DNA of 64,000 nucleotides, taken from assembly GCF_044704955.1 (NCBI RefSeq), contig NC_091977.1, positions 369,830,001 through 369,894,000 of the forward strand. The letters run 5' to 3'. Below the pieces are notes generated by a model. The model saw only the letters and a program-made list of their open reading frames with translations, made no database searches and was not told the DNA's origin. This document shows, piece by piece, positions 48,781 through 61,755 of this stretch. Within the stretch, counting starts at the first letter, position 1, and each line of letters begins with the position of its first letter. The position numbers and the translations under genes are program-made. Source of the stretch: Pristiophorus japonicus (taxonomy: Eukaryota).

Positions 48781-50821
48781 TTATTGCGACTTGCTCTCCG
48801 ATTTCCATCCCCTTTCCTTAACCCCCCTCCCACGCCTACTGCTCCTCATTAATGTGGCCGCAGTGCCTGCAGCAAGGCCGCTTGAAGGCTGCTGTGTCCG
48901 TAAGGCAGACACTACAGATGTCCTAGCCAGATGCCCTGGACCAGCTCTGGGCCTGGAGGGCCCGGCTGCGGACTGCACCACCTCAGCATCGGTGGCAGAA
49001 ATATCAGATGGCTGAGGTGTAGACCGACTCAGATGCAAAGGCAGAGTGGCAGTGATGGGATTCGGAATGCTGTAATCTTGAGCAAGGACAGCACCTTCCA
49101 TTGCCAGCGGCCCATTGCCACTTCCCCGGGCCAGAGCCTCAGCATCTGGAGCAATCTGTGGGAACACAGAAAGGATGGCAGCAGTCAGTGTGTGCATGGC
49201 ATCACTGACTCACAGCAGACTGAGTCTGAAACATAACAGATTGAGAGTTGATGCCAGCAACCAGTGACTGCATCACATCGTGAAGTCCTTGCGTGGCTTC
49301 GGGCTGTGCTGTGATAGCTGCTGCCAATTCAACCATCGCATGCATCATCACCTGTGGGACTCCACTCTCACTCATTGAGCCCATCTCCCTCTGGAGCTGG
49401 TCAATGATGGGCTCAATGGGTTGCTGAGACGCATGGCAATGATTGAGACAGTCTCCGCCAACCTTGGAGCAAGTGCATCCATGCTCTGCGGAACCCTTTG
49501 CAATGCACCCATAAGCTTGCGATGCATAGCCTCCTAATCCAGGTTCACATCTGAGTGTCTCTGAGCAGGACTATGGGCCGACTCACCCTCTGGGGTGCTG
49601 GCCCCCGAGCTTCCCCTCGCGCTAGGCATTGCTGCAGGCTACAGGGGCCAGGAGCCTCAGGCTCTTCGAACCCCAGGAATGTTGTGTCTTCCACTGAAGT
49701 GGTGTCCCCACTCGGTGCAGCTGATGGAGGGTCCCGCTCTGTCGCAACACTTTTGTACCCTTTCTCCTCGTCTCCCCCATCGTACAATGTAAAGGACTCA
49801 CGGGCAGCCTACTGCGCTTCTGGCTCATCATTTGTAAGCACAAAGCAACAGAACTGTGGTTATCAACAGGGGAAGGAGCAGGAAGGGAAGAAGGAGGTGA
49901 CATTGGACATTTATATGTAAAGGAGGTAAGGCATGTGGTGTCAAGGGTAATGGGTCTCGCATAAAACACAAAGGGCATTAACATACTATCACTGTCCCCA
50001 GGGGGCTCGGCTTCGCCGACTGCTACTGATGTGCCCACGAGGGCAGACATTCATTCGTTCCTCCACCTCCGTGAGGTCCTGGATTTCAGGCTCCCCTCCT
50101 CCAGTGCACATTTCCTCGCCCCTGTTGTGTGCCAGTTTCTACTGAAATAACAAACACAAAAAGGTGTGATTGAATGTGCAGCTCATCGTGTGCCATATAT
50201 GCCTTCCATAGTTGAATAGCTGTTACTGTATGGAAGTGTGCAGATCTCCATTTGAATCTTCGTGGCTGCACAGAGTGGTTGTGTGAATGGTGGGATTAGG
50301 TGACAACCACTTAAGATGAAGGATGAGGTTGAAGTGTTGCGAATGCATATCAAGAGTGAAACGGTCGTGCGAGGAGGGGTCAGGCTGAATAGGGAACAAG
50401 AAGGTCAGCAATGATTGGATGGCCAGGGCACGTCTGCTGAACTGAGCCAGAACTTTTATGGTGTCTTCACCAATGAAGACCATGGCCTGGTACACATAGT
50501 GAAGGAGCAGGTACTGCAAAGACTTTACATTGTGTGAGACAGTGAGGTTCACATTTAGGGCATTGCAACATTAATAGAAAGGGTACTCACCCTGTCAACC
50601 CGAATGAAGTCGTTGAACTTCATGCGACATTGTGTCGCAATTCTGGTCACCGTGTTCCTGGTGGAGATGTGCTGGGCTACCTCCCTCCATAGCCTTCGGA
50701 ACACTAGAGGAATTGGCCTCCTTCCCCCAGGAGGTTGCAGCAGATTGCAGTGCCTCTCCACTGTCTCGACGGCCATGGGCGAGAAATGGAGGGCATGCTG
50801 GCGACCTGCTTCCTCCTCCAT
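48781..50821 (-). pseudogene. Harbinger Myb/SANT-like gene, degraded
   Basis: LWREVAQHIS...RIATQCRMKFND then a GTGAGT donor; exon 2 KLAHNRGE...TGGG; low-complexity third exon with AGPSRPRAG. Confidence 0.8.
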
Positions 50822-53800
50822 TTTCCTGCTCTGAGCAGATTGAGAAGTTGGAACTGCGCATGTACATATTTATCTTGCCATGCCTTTAAGAATTGGCTGT
50901 CCACGGGATGTATAGCGTCCTTCGCAGCAAGCACATTCGTTGTGAACACTTATCGCTGAGATTTTCAGTTGCACTGCCCTAAGAGAATTGTGCAACAACT
51001 GATTTCGTGCTTCCTTTACCGCTTGGGGCGCTGAAACCTAATTTCGCAGTAGGTGGCACAAACTTCTGAGGGTGCTAAAGTTACCGCACCTACAGGATTA
51101 ACGCCTCAAAATGGTCGATACTGAATTTACAGCCTATGGACTTTCCATGAGCAATACTTTAATGCATGATTATGAAAAGTTACTTTGCCATGCTTGTCCA
51201 TTTTTTAACCTTTGATGATTGCTATCTAACTGTCTATTAAAAGCTATTATTAAAGTTTCAACTTGATTCTCTGCTTGTCAGAAGGTAAGATGCTTCTAGA
51301 CAGTTAACTGCCAACAATTACACCCCATGAATGATCAAATTATATTCTGGTAAGCAGCAAAGTAAGATACCCAGTCAGCAATCAGCCATAATAATCAAAG
51401 TTTAGCAACTTATCAGAGCATGGAATGAGCCTCTTGGCCCCTATAGCATGTAATTAAGCAATTATCTAGATGTACTCATCAAAAAAATGATATAACATAG
51501 TGTATAAAATGAGTGGATTTTACAGAGGTAGCGGTCACCTTAGTCTTAAATCACATAGTGTTGAGAAGGGCCATGTTCTTTAGCATGGTCATAGTCATAA
51601 CTATTCCCTTCTCTGAACTCCAGGAATGGGATCTAGAAGGACATTATAAAGTAATTGAATATTATATCAATCCACATAAAGTCCAAAAGAATTTAAGCCC
51701 AGAAATTCTGTAACCTTGGGAGGATCAGAAAATGGGGCTGAACCCAGCAGATCAGCCCGAGTTCGCACCCATTCAGAAAGAGCCTAAAAATTAGGATCCG
51801 CTTACGTGCAGCCAATATTTGGTGGAATAGATGGCGGCATTCCTGGGCCATTCAGGAATCCCATCAGACGTGTCCTCAATACACCTAGAGGTATCTACCT
51901 CTGCTGAGAGCATTATGGGTCTAGTGAAGGCCTGATGTTCAAAAGGTAAATAAAAATCAATCCCAAAAGGGATTCCCACTGGGACAAGAGCCCGACAATG
52001 TCATACGGCAGATATTTTAAATTTGGGATCTGTTTCCTCTTCAGTCTGAAAGGCCCCTGGTTCCCCTCTTGGTTCGGCAAAGTGCCACTCCAAGTTTCCG
52101 ATGGTGCCACAAGCAGGTATTCCTGTTGTGCCGCTACAGATGCAAGCCCCTGATATGGGACAGGGGTCACTGCCAGGTGGAAGTTTTCCCCCATCTCCCT
52201 CCTCGCACTACCAGCACCTCAACAACTCCACGGGAGTTATCGCTTCAAGGGTCCAGAAAAATGCAATAAAAGAAGCCTTTATGTGACTGGTTTCAAATGT
52301 ATTCAGTTGAGTATGAGAACATAACCTATAGATGTTTGCTTAATATGAGTAAGTGCCATACCAATGTTGGAATTAAGCAACCAGTTGGATTCAGACCTAA
52401 AGAAGTCAGTTAGTGTGCAAAATAAATAAATGTAAAGTTATTTTGAACTGATAGGAAACCCAGTTGATGTTCCTTCATCACTCAATGCTGCATTTTTGGG
52501 AACCATAATAAAAACATAAGATACTGCCCCAATATAAGGCCCCTGAATGCAGTCTCTTGTTTTCTCCCCACATCCTGAGGCATGGGGATGATTCTTTGTT
52601 TGGGTAGTAAATTGGCAGAGTGGATCACCTGCCCGTTATTGAACTCGCTTTGTTTTCATTTCAATTGAAAAGAATGAGCCACTTCATCCATCTCAGAAGG
52701 ATAAAAGGCCAAGTGAATCCTGGTCAGGATTTGAAACCAAGACCTCATGGCTTCATTGAATTATTTAATGAACTGAGTTACCCAACTTCCAACAAGTGAA
52801 GGGCCACTTAATGTAGAAGAGATTATAGATTAAACCGTGCAAAGCAAACATTATAGGAACTGGGCAGAATATTCCTTAAATTTTGTTGTGAGAAAAAAAC
52901 AACCTATGCTTGAGTTATGTTAAAAAAAGATGGTGATGTAAGACTTAATTTTTTACTTTGTCTTAGAAATAGTCTCATTAGTTATTGCATTAAGAGGTAA
53001 GGATTTCCTAGAGAGTCTGGGGGCTATTATTTCAGCAAGTTCTCTTGTATTCTAATCAGATAATAAAAACTATTGAAGTTACTCCACCCATATTATTTTG
53101 TTGAACTCAGCATTTAAACAGATATGCAACTGTTGGGAAATAGGAGGAGATCTATCACTATTGGATGGTGGAATTCCATCTGTTTCTTGCCAGAAAAGCA
53201 AAGGAGGAACTGGTGGGGTACCTTGGACACCCATTTTCCCGCTTGATTCAATTTTCAGGAAGGTATTTAAATGGGCGCCCAACACTCCCGCCCAAAACAG
53301 GTGGGAGGCTGTTCAAATATGAAAATCAAGGTCTTACAACTGCTCTAAGATACTAATTGCAATTTTAATGTAGACATAGGCGGAACAACCATTATACATG
53401 TTAGTCCTTGTTGAACCGGGCATTGAACGCTCTAACCAACCGTCCTTAAAAGGACCGCTGGAGGCTGCTCAAAAAAAAGTACGTTTTTGTTTATTTCACG
53501 ATTTTTGTGGGGCTGCAAGTACTTGTGCACCTTCTGGCCCCAAAAAGATCTTTCCGCCTGTTGCCATCCCATTCTTGCCACACACGAGAATCTGCTCCGT
53601 GTGGAAGCCAGCCAATTTCCATTGTCCAAAACCGGTGAGCTGCAGTGAAATGCCCATTTGGCGCCTGCAATCTGTGGGTAAAATTCAAATAATTCCCGAT
53701 CCTCACAATGGTACGGGCCTTGGCGGGTGCACTGCCAACGTTGTGCCCATTTTGGACATGAATTTAAATTCCCTCTCAGGGACCTATCAAGTTGATTCTA

Positions 53801-55049
53801 AACTAGTAACTTTTCTGAAATGATGATATCTCACCCTGTGGATCCTTCTTCCTCCAGCCTTTCTCTACTGCTGAAAGGTTGCTGCTTCAAAGCGTGAGAT
53901 ATTGGTACTACTCACTGATGAGATTAAAGGCATTTTTGTAAGTGAATGGTATGTAATACTACACTAGCTATGATAGTATTAAATGGAGGTTTCTGGTATT
54001 TAATGCTGAAAATTACATGTTCACTTATTCAAATCAACCATTTGGTTATTGGTTTAATTATTGTTTTAATCATATTGTGTAAATGTACTTATGGCTGTGT
54101 TTAACGGACTACAAGTTTGCGCTAACTACATCAACAATAGTTATTTCAAAATAACTATAACTATAAGCAGTAAATATGCAACAACACTACCACAGAGAAG
54201 ATGATTCACACCCTATTTTATAGCATATACCAGAGCTATCAGGTTGTGTGATATTGCCTTGTGTCCCAATATTAATATTGGACTGAAACAGGAAGCAACA
54301 GGTGCTGAGTGCAGTCATTCTGCTGGAAGTTTATTATGTACTGAAGTAATCAAAATTTATTTATTCCGAATCTTAAGAAAGAACCTGTAAGCTTGTTTGA
54401 ATGCTGAGCTCCCCTCACTTTGCAAATAAGTCAAAGTGAATGCATACTTTTTCTTTGTCAGTCACATTGCCTTATGGTTAGTTCCATTTAAATACCATTA
54501 TCTGTCAGGATAATTCATGAAGCTTCATGCTTTGCACTAGAGTTAAGGACATCTGTGAATACCCATTTTTTAAATTCAAGTAAAACCACCACAGCCTTAG
54601 CAAGAATTTATTATGTTGATTAGGTACAATTTAGTAGCCAGCTGTGAGTGTTATAAATATCTTCACCTGCCTAGTTGACCATAACTCACTCATTATCCAG
54701 TCAACTTCTCTTGTGAAGATACTTACTCATTTTACATCTAGACATTACCTCAAGTTATAGGCGACTGGGAGTAAATAAAAAGGCTGTAATTAATCTCGCA
54801 ATTCAAACTAGCACCATAAACCTAAGAGTGAAGCTTGCGATTTATACATCTCCAAAACCCTAAGAATAAATGACAGCTGTTTACTTATTTATAACTATGA
54901 TCCTGAGTAAAATGTAAATGATATCACCAAGGAGTGAGATTTTGATGGATAACAAAGCCTCTAGCTAGAGAGGATTTATATTTTTTCGTTTGTGGTAGAA
55001 AATTATATTGGGGGTGAAATTGATTTTTGTCAGTAGCGCAAACTGGGTA

Positions 55050-55985
55050 ATGGCAAATCAGATACCCGATTCACAACCCTCCCGTTTCTCTAATTCACAC
55101 CCGTCCCGTCTCTCACCCTCCCGTTTCTCACCCCTCCCGTTTCTCACCTCTTCCGTTTCTCACCTCTCCTGTTTCTCACACCGCCCGTTTCTCCAATTCA
55201 CACACCTCCCGTTTCTCCAATACACACCCGTCCCGTCTCTCACCCTCCCGTTTCTCACCTCTCCCGTTTCTCACCTCTCCTGTTTCTCACACCTCCTGTT
55301 TCTCACACCGCCCGTTTCTCCAATTCACAACCCTCCCGTTTCTCTAATTCACACCCGTCCCGTCTCTCACCCTCCCATTTCTCACCTCTCCCGTTTCTCA
55401 CCTCTCCTGTTTCTCACACCTCCTGTTTCTCACACCTCCTGTTTCTCACACTGCCCGTTTCTCCAATTCACACACCTCCCGTTTCTCCAATACACACCCG
55501 TCCCGTTTCTCACCCTCTCATTTCTCACCCCTCCCGTTTCTCACCCTCCCATTTCTCACCCTCCCATTTCTCACCCCTCCCGTTTCTCACCCCTCCCATT
55601 TCTCACATAGAAACATAGACATAGAAAATAGGTGCAGAAGTAGACCATTCGGCCCTTCGAGCCTGCACCGCCATTCAATGAGTTCATGGCTGAACATGCA
55701 ACTTCAGTCTCGCCATCCTGGGAATCACCTCTCCCGTTTCTCCAATTCACACCCCTCCCGATTCTCACCCCTCCCGTTTCTCACCCCTCCCGTTTCTCAC
55801 CCCTCCCGTTTCTCCATTTCTCACCCCTCCCGTTTCTCCAATTCACACACCTCCCGTTTCTCACCCCTCCCGTTTCTCACCCCTCCCATTGCTCCATTTC
55901 TCACCCCTCCTGTTTCTCCATTTCTCACTCCTCCCATTTCTCTCCCCTCCCGTTTCTCACCCCTCCTGTTTCTCACCCCTCCCAT
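55050..55985. repeat. Pyrimidine-rich minisatellite, unit about CCCGTTTCTCACCCCT (15-24 bp variants), with a ~272-bp higher-order duplication
   Basis: Directly visible; blocks at 55050/55324 and 55169/55439 recur. Confidence 0.95.
55604..55727 (-). mobile_element. Tiny CR1 3'-tail insertion in the minisatellite
   Basis: ACATAGAAACATAG tail; UTR matches the reverse complement of 13410-13500. Confidence 0.9.
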
Positions 55986-56404
55986 TTAATTCGCTGTGAA
56001 TTCGCACCCCATCTGATTTTTTTTCCATTGTAAAATGGGCTGCTGCTTTATCGCCTGCTTTACATCTGCCGCAGAACATCAATTTCAATCCCTGTTTCTC
56101 TAACATTTGTTGCTAATTTGAAAGAATCATTAGCACAGATTACAACCAGTTGAAGGTTTTGTATTTATACTAAAATTTACAAATACATACACATCTCAGT
56201 TGCATTCTGGACAATGCAGTTTCCTCCGCCATTTTATTGTTCATATTGACCTATTTTCCATACCTTAACCTCAGTGGAGAATGACTCACCATTCCATTTC
56301 TCTCCTCTTCCTACAGTGCAAGCATTCTTTTTTTCTTTCAAGAATCACTCTGTTGATTCGAAAGAGAAGACCTCTCCAGCTAGAGATTTTGGTATCCATC
56401 AAAT

Positions 56405-56481
56405 TATTGAATGGCGGAGCAGGCTCGAGGGGCCGAATGGCCTACTCCTGCTCCTATTTCTAATGTTCTTACATTCTTATG
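56405..56481 (+). mobile_element. CR1 3'-tail remnant
   Basis: ATTGAATGGCGGAGCAGGCTCGAGGGGCCGAATGGCCTACTCCTGCTCCTATTTC plus tail. Confidence 0.85.
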
Positions 56482-57559
56482 ACTCTATTTTGAGGTCGTT
56501 ACTGCCCATTAACACTAGGAACAACAGATTAAAATTGCCCCTGTACAACATGCACATCAGAGAGCTGTTAAAATGGAGTGACAAGTGTACAAAATTTTCT
56601 GACACTTTTCATAAGGCCATCAAAAATCACCCTGACATTTTATCTCAACCATAAAGAAAAGTAAAAACACAGTTGATGTAAATTTGTACGGATGTGGTGA
56701 TAGAATTTTGAGGAAATTATGCTGTAAATATGATTGATATTGCAGTTCTCGGTAAACTTTTCAAAAGTTACTTGACAGTTGACTTATCTGATCTTGTTTA
56801 AATTAACTACTCATTCACGACTTGAACTTTAACCTGGAAAAATGAATTCTAAAAAGGAGCAAAACACAAATTTTGTGTAGATAAGATACTGGATGTGGGT
56901 GGGTAAGAAATACTAAAGGTTGCAAAGAAAGAGTAAGAAGCAGGGAAAGAATCTTTGGAGGGTTGGAGGTTAAGGAACACCCACACACTGGTGTAAGTTG
57001 AGAGATAATGAGCACATACTGTCTCTCAACTCACTAGAGCTGGGAAGTAATTCACTCTTGGGTAGTTGGCTAGTGGAATTTTCCACCTCATTCTTTGGCA
57101 TACTGGAGACACAACACTCTTAAAAATACTTAAAGCTATTCACTAGCATGTGTCTGAAATTACACATGAATACAGTAATGTAAGCATGCTTTTGTTTTGT
57201 AATAGCTCTACTTTAATCGTATTCTTGATCTTGGTGATCAGTGACAAAGTGAACCAAGCTGCAGTGAAGTAAATCTAGCTGACTGCAGAAACGTTTTAAA
57301 CTGTGCTTTAGGTGAACTTGTTCTGTTCTGAGAAAGTAGGCTACACAAATATGCAGACAAGGATAAGTCCTGTTGAACCTAATGTTTATTTGAAGAATTT
57401 AACAACAGATACAAAACTCTCAGCTCATATAAACATTTTGACTCTTTTAATATCTACAGCTGGCTGATAGAAAAAGTAGAGCTAGCCAAATGCAGGGAAC
57501 AGTGTTGTCATGGAAATTGTTGAAAAATATATAAAAGTGTGGATCTCTTTTATTACTTT

Positions 57560-59480
57560 CCTCCAATTTCTACCTCTGATTTTTCTCCTGGAGCTGATAG
57601 AGCATGGTACAATGGAAAGATAGTTTCCTGCAGCATCACCCAAGTGGCCATTCTTCATGTGTAAGCCTAAACAGTGAGTCAGGCTGTTCAGCTTTCCTAA
57701 CATAACATCCACACATGCACGCAAGGATAGTGAAAAGGAGCTGGAACCCTGAATAGCTTTTCCCTCTCTTAGCCCAGGGATACTGAGGTCAATTATTGAC
57801 CCCCCCCCCCACCCACTGTCACTCCAAAAGGGATCAGCTTGGGACTAAAGGCGGACAAGTCGCCTGGATATGATGGCGTACATTCTGGGGTCTTAAAAGA
57901 AGTGGCTGCAGAGAGAGTGGATGTATTGGTTGTAATCTCCCAAAATTCCCTGGATTTTGAGGCGATCCCAGCGGATTGGAAAACCGTAAATGTAATGCGC
58001 CTATTTAAAAAAGGAGGCAGACAAAAAGCAGGAAACTATAGACCAGTTAGCCTAACATCTGTTGTTGGGAAAATGCTGGAGTCCATTATTAAGGAAGCAG
58101 TAGTGGGACATTTGGAAAAGCATGATTCAATCAAGCAGAGTCAGCATGGTTTTATGAAAGGGAAATCATGTTTGACAAATTTGCTGGAGTTCTTTCAGGA
58201 TGTAACGAGCAGTGGGGATAAGGGAGAATGAGTGGATGTGGTGTATTTAGATTTACAGAAGGAGCCACACAAAAGGTTACTGCACAAGATAAAAGTTCAC
58301 GGGGTTGGGGGTAATATATTAGTATGGATAAAGGATAGGCTAACTAACAGAAAACAGAGAGTCGGGAAAAATGGGTCATTTTCCAGTTGGCAAACAGTAA
58401 CTAGTGGGGTGCTGCAGGGTTCGGTGCTGGGTCCTCAACTATTTACAATCTATATTAATGACTTGAATGAAGGGACCAAGTGTAATCTAGCCAAGTTTGC
58501 TGATGATACGAAGATGGATGGGAAAGCTAATTGTGAAGAAGACACAAAAAATCTGCAAAGGGATATAGACAGTGAGTGGGCAAAAATTTGGCAGATGGGG
58601 TATAATGTGGGAAAATGTGAGGTTATCCACTTTGGCAGAAAAAATAGAAAAGCAAATTATAATTTAAATGGAGAAAAATTGCAAAGTGCTGCAGTACAGA
58701 GAGACCTGGGGATCCTTGTGCATGAAACGCAAAAAGTTAGTATACAGGTACAGCAAGTGATCAAGAAGGCAAATTGAATGTTGGCCTTTATTGCAAGGGG
58801 AATAGAGTATAAAAGCAGCGAAGTCTTACTACAACTCTACAGGGTATTGGTGAGGCCACACCTTGAGTACTGCGTACAGTTTTGGTCTCCGTATTTAAGG
58901 AAGGATATATTTGCTTTGGAGGCTGTTCAGAGAAGGTTCACTAGGTTGATTCCAGAGATGAGGGGGTTGACTTATGAAGATAGGTTGAGTAGGTGAGGCC
59001 TATACTCATTGGAGTTCAGAAGAATGAGAGGTGATCTTATCGAAACATATAAGATACTGAGGGAGCTCGACAAGGTGGATGCAGAGAGGATATTTCCATT
59101 CATGGGGGAAACTAAAACTAGGGGACAAAGTCTCAGAATAAGGAGATACCCATTTAAAACTGAGATGAGGAGGAATTTCTTTTCTTTCGGTTGTAAATCT
59201 ATGAATTTCTATGCCCCAGGGAGCTGTGGAGGCTGGGTCATAGAATATATTTAAGGTGGAGATAGACAGATTTTCGAGCGATAAGGGAATAAATGGTTAC
59301 ATGAGTGGGCAGGGAAGTGGAGCTTAGTCCATGATCAGATCAGCCATGATCTTATTAAATGGTGGAACAGGCTTGAGGGGCCAGGTGGCCAACTCCTGCT
59401 CCTATTTCTTATGTTTTTATGTTAGCTAACTCAGTGCAGACCAGGGCACAAATTTGGGACCTTTCCTAGTTTACCTAGCT
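57560..59480 (-). mobile_element. tRNA-derived SINE interrupted by a CR1
   Basis: CCAAGTGGCCATTCTTCATGTGT...GATCAGCT, then the CR1, then AGCTAACTCAGTGCAGACCAGGG...GGGACCTTTCCT; AGCT duplicated. Confidence 0.65.
57840..59423 (+). mobile_element. 5'-truncated CR1 LINE (same subfamily as 663-5247)
   Basis: RT motifs in ORFs 57839-59254; TTCTTATGTTTTTATG tail. Confidence 0.95.
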
Positions 59481-60440
59481 CTGTGCAATAGCAAGATAGT
59501 AGACACGTGTTACCTGGCTTTGGCTATGGCACTGACAAGAACTTCAAAAGGGAATTAACATAGCAGCTCAATGTCACCGAGACAAGAAAGAAAAAATGAA
59601 ACTAAGGTTCTGGAAAGATTACAAACTTATTTGAACTCTAGCTGAAAAGGTAAAATGTGACAGAACATATATTTCATTAGAGTATTTTTCCGACTTTTCA
59701 CTGCTCGCAGAGAACCTGGCCTGCCAAGTGCACATTTCAGAAATGAGGGTGACATTTCCAAAATTTAAATTAACGGTCAGAAAGTCAAGCGTAGAATGTG
59801 CCTGAGCTTCCAATATGCACGACTGACAGGCAATGTTTTCTGTTGCAGGGAAGACGTAACAAAATTGCCCCTTATCATCAAAGACCATTGTTGCCTGACA
59901 ACAACAACTGGCAAAACACAGAAAGCTGAAGATTTTGTCTTGCTGACACAGGTCTTCACAGATTAAATCCAGTTGGTTTATGATAACAGTTTTATATTCA
60001 GTTTAAAAATGTTTTTTTTTTTAAAATCTTGTGAGCCATTTTTAAGGCTCATGTGATTTTATAAAATGAACACTTGTATGTCCGATTCTATCCTAGGGCA
60101 AGATGCGAGGGTGGGGCCAGCTGACCAAGTGACAGGCTCACTCTAACTCGCCACCACTACAGCTCAGTGAACCCTGTAGTATTTTCCATCCATTAAGCAC
60201 AAATTTATAAAATTACCCCTTAGTTGTACAAATTATAATAGCTGATTGGTGAAACAATATAAATTATAAATTGCATCCTTTTCTTTATTTAAATTATGGC
60301 GCTCTTGCTGTTATCACATCTGGGGAAGGAAATATTTATACTTCTGTAATCCAAAACTCCTTTCTCATCAGTTCCAGCGTTTCTCATTATAAATAAATGC
60401 TGGAAATGAACAGTGTTTCTGTTTGCCTAACACAGCACCT

Positions 60441-60531
60441 GATTGGCAGACAGGAAGCAGAGAGTCGGGATAAACGGGTCCTTTTCAGAATGGCAGGCAG
60501 TGGAGTGCCGCAGGGCTCAGTGTTGGGACCC
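60441..60531 (+). mobile_element. About 90-bp CR1 RT fragment
   Basis: Matches 6430-6525 (LADRKQRVGINGSFSEWQAV...PQGSVLGP) with a small deletion. Confidence 0.85.
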
Positions 60532-61309
60532 TATTCATCTGAGCTATCCTACGATTCCTACTCTGACTAGCACGTGGCACTGGTAGCAATCCTGAGATTA
60601 CTACTTTTGAGGTCCTACTTTTTAATTTAGCTCCTAGCTCCCTAAATTCATCTTGTATGACCTCATCCCGTTTTTTACCTATATTGTTGGTACCTATATG
60701 CACCACGACAACTGGCTGTTCACCCTCCCTTTCCAGAATGTCCTGCACCCGCTCCGAGACATCCTTGACCCTTGCACCAGGGAGGCAACATACCATCCTG
60801 GAGTCTCGGTTGCGGCCTCAGAAACGCCTATCTATTCCCCTTACAATCGAATCCCCTATCACTATAGCTCTCCCACTCTTTTTCCTGCCCTCCTGTGCAG
60901 CAGAGCCACCCACAGTGCCATGAACTTGGCTGCTGCTGCCCTCCCCTGATGAGTCATCCTCCTCAACAGTACCCAAAGCAGTGTATCTGTTTTGCAGGGG
61001 GATGACCGCAGGGGACCCCTGCACTACCTTCCTTGCACTGCTCTTCCTGTAGGTCACCCATTTACTATCTGGCTGTGTATCCTTTACCTGCGGTAAGACC
61101 AACTCACTAAACGTGCTATTTACGTCATTTTCAGCATCGTGGATGCTCCAGAGTTCATCCACCCGCAGCTCCAGGGCTGCACTGTGGTCCGTCAGGAGCT
61201 GGAGGCGGATACACTACCCGTACACGTAGTCATAAGGGACACTGGAAGCGTCTCTGACTTCCCACATAGTACAGGAGGAGCATAACACGTGTCCGAGCTC
61301 TCCTGTCAT
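60532..61309 (-). pseudogene. CR1 ORF1 (zinc finger/coiled coil plus SGNH esterase), 3'-truncated
   Basis: ATG at 61309; CSSCTMW; PLQNRYTAL; IVIGDSIVRG, CLPGARV and VVHIGTN SGNH blocks; internal stops. Confidence 0.9.
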
Positions 61310-61485
61310 GACTTAACCCCTAGATAAACTTAATTTGGCAACAACAATGCTAAATGTTACTTACTGATAAAGAAAAGAAAAAAGAAAAGCTATTTACCAA
61401 TCACCAGCCAATCACTTACCCCTTTGGCTGTGACATCACCTTTCGATTTCTTTCTACTTTTTTGCCTCCCTGCTACAGGTGCACC

Positions 61486-61755
61486 GGTAGGCCTTTTGTA
61501 GGCCGCTCGCATCCCGAACTCTCGGACTGCTCACTGACGGGCCTCTTGTAGGCCACTCGCCTCCCGAACTCCCGCTGCTCACTGACGGGCCTCTTGTAGG
61601 CCGCTCGCCTCCCAAACTCCCGCCTCTCACGAACTCCCGCTGCTCACTGACGGGCCTCTTGTAGGCCGCTCGCCTCCCGAACTCCCGCCTCTCAAGAACT
61701 CCCGCTGCTCACAGACGGGCCTCTTGTAGGCCGCTCGCCTTCCAAACTCCCGCTT
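61486..61755 (-). repeat. Tandem 48-67 bp monomers in the CR1 5' UTR
   Basis: About 5 copies of GGCCTCTTGTAGGCCGCTCGCCTCCCGAACTCCCGC. Confidence 0.9.

Larger units (their letters stand above)
43733..51134. mobile_element. PIF/Harbinger transposon 3 (right TIR only; CR1 inserted in the transposase)
   Basis: Transposase on + and Myb gene on -, convergent; TIR-like GAATTTACAGCC ending at 51134 and followed by TAT. Confidence 0.8.
55010..56092. mobile_element. Harbinger-type MITE inflated by an internal minisatellite
   Basis: TIRs GGGGGTGAAATTGAT and ATCAATTTCAATCCC (13/15 match); TSD not evident. Confidence 0.6.

Noticed and set aside
51695-53775. Two or three further MITE-like segments (about 51697-52260 and 53163-53773)
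   Set aside because: Composition resembles the other MITEs, but paired TIRs and TSDs could not be established.
55008-56033. 200-aa and ~110-aa Pro/Ser/Leu/Phe-rich ORFs
   Set aside because: These are translations of a stop-poor minisatellite.
59619-59965. Short ORFs and an acceptor-like TTTCTGTTGCAG in unique sequence
   Set aside because: No recognisable domain or convincing donor; unsupported without RNA data.
61486-61755. CRISPR-like repeat array
   Set aside because: There are no unique spacers and no cas genes; it is a tandem repeat in a eukaryotic LINE UTR.
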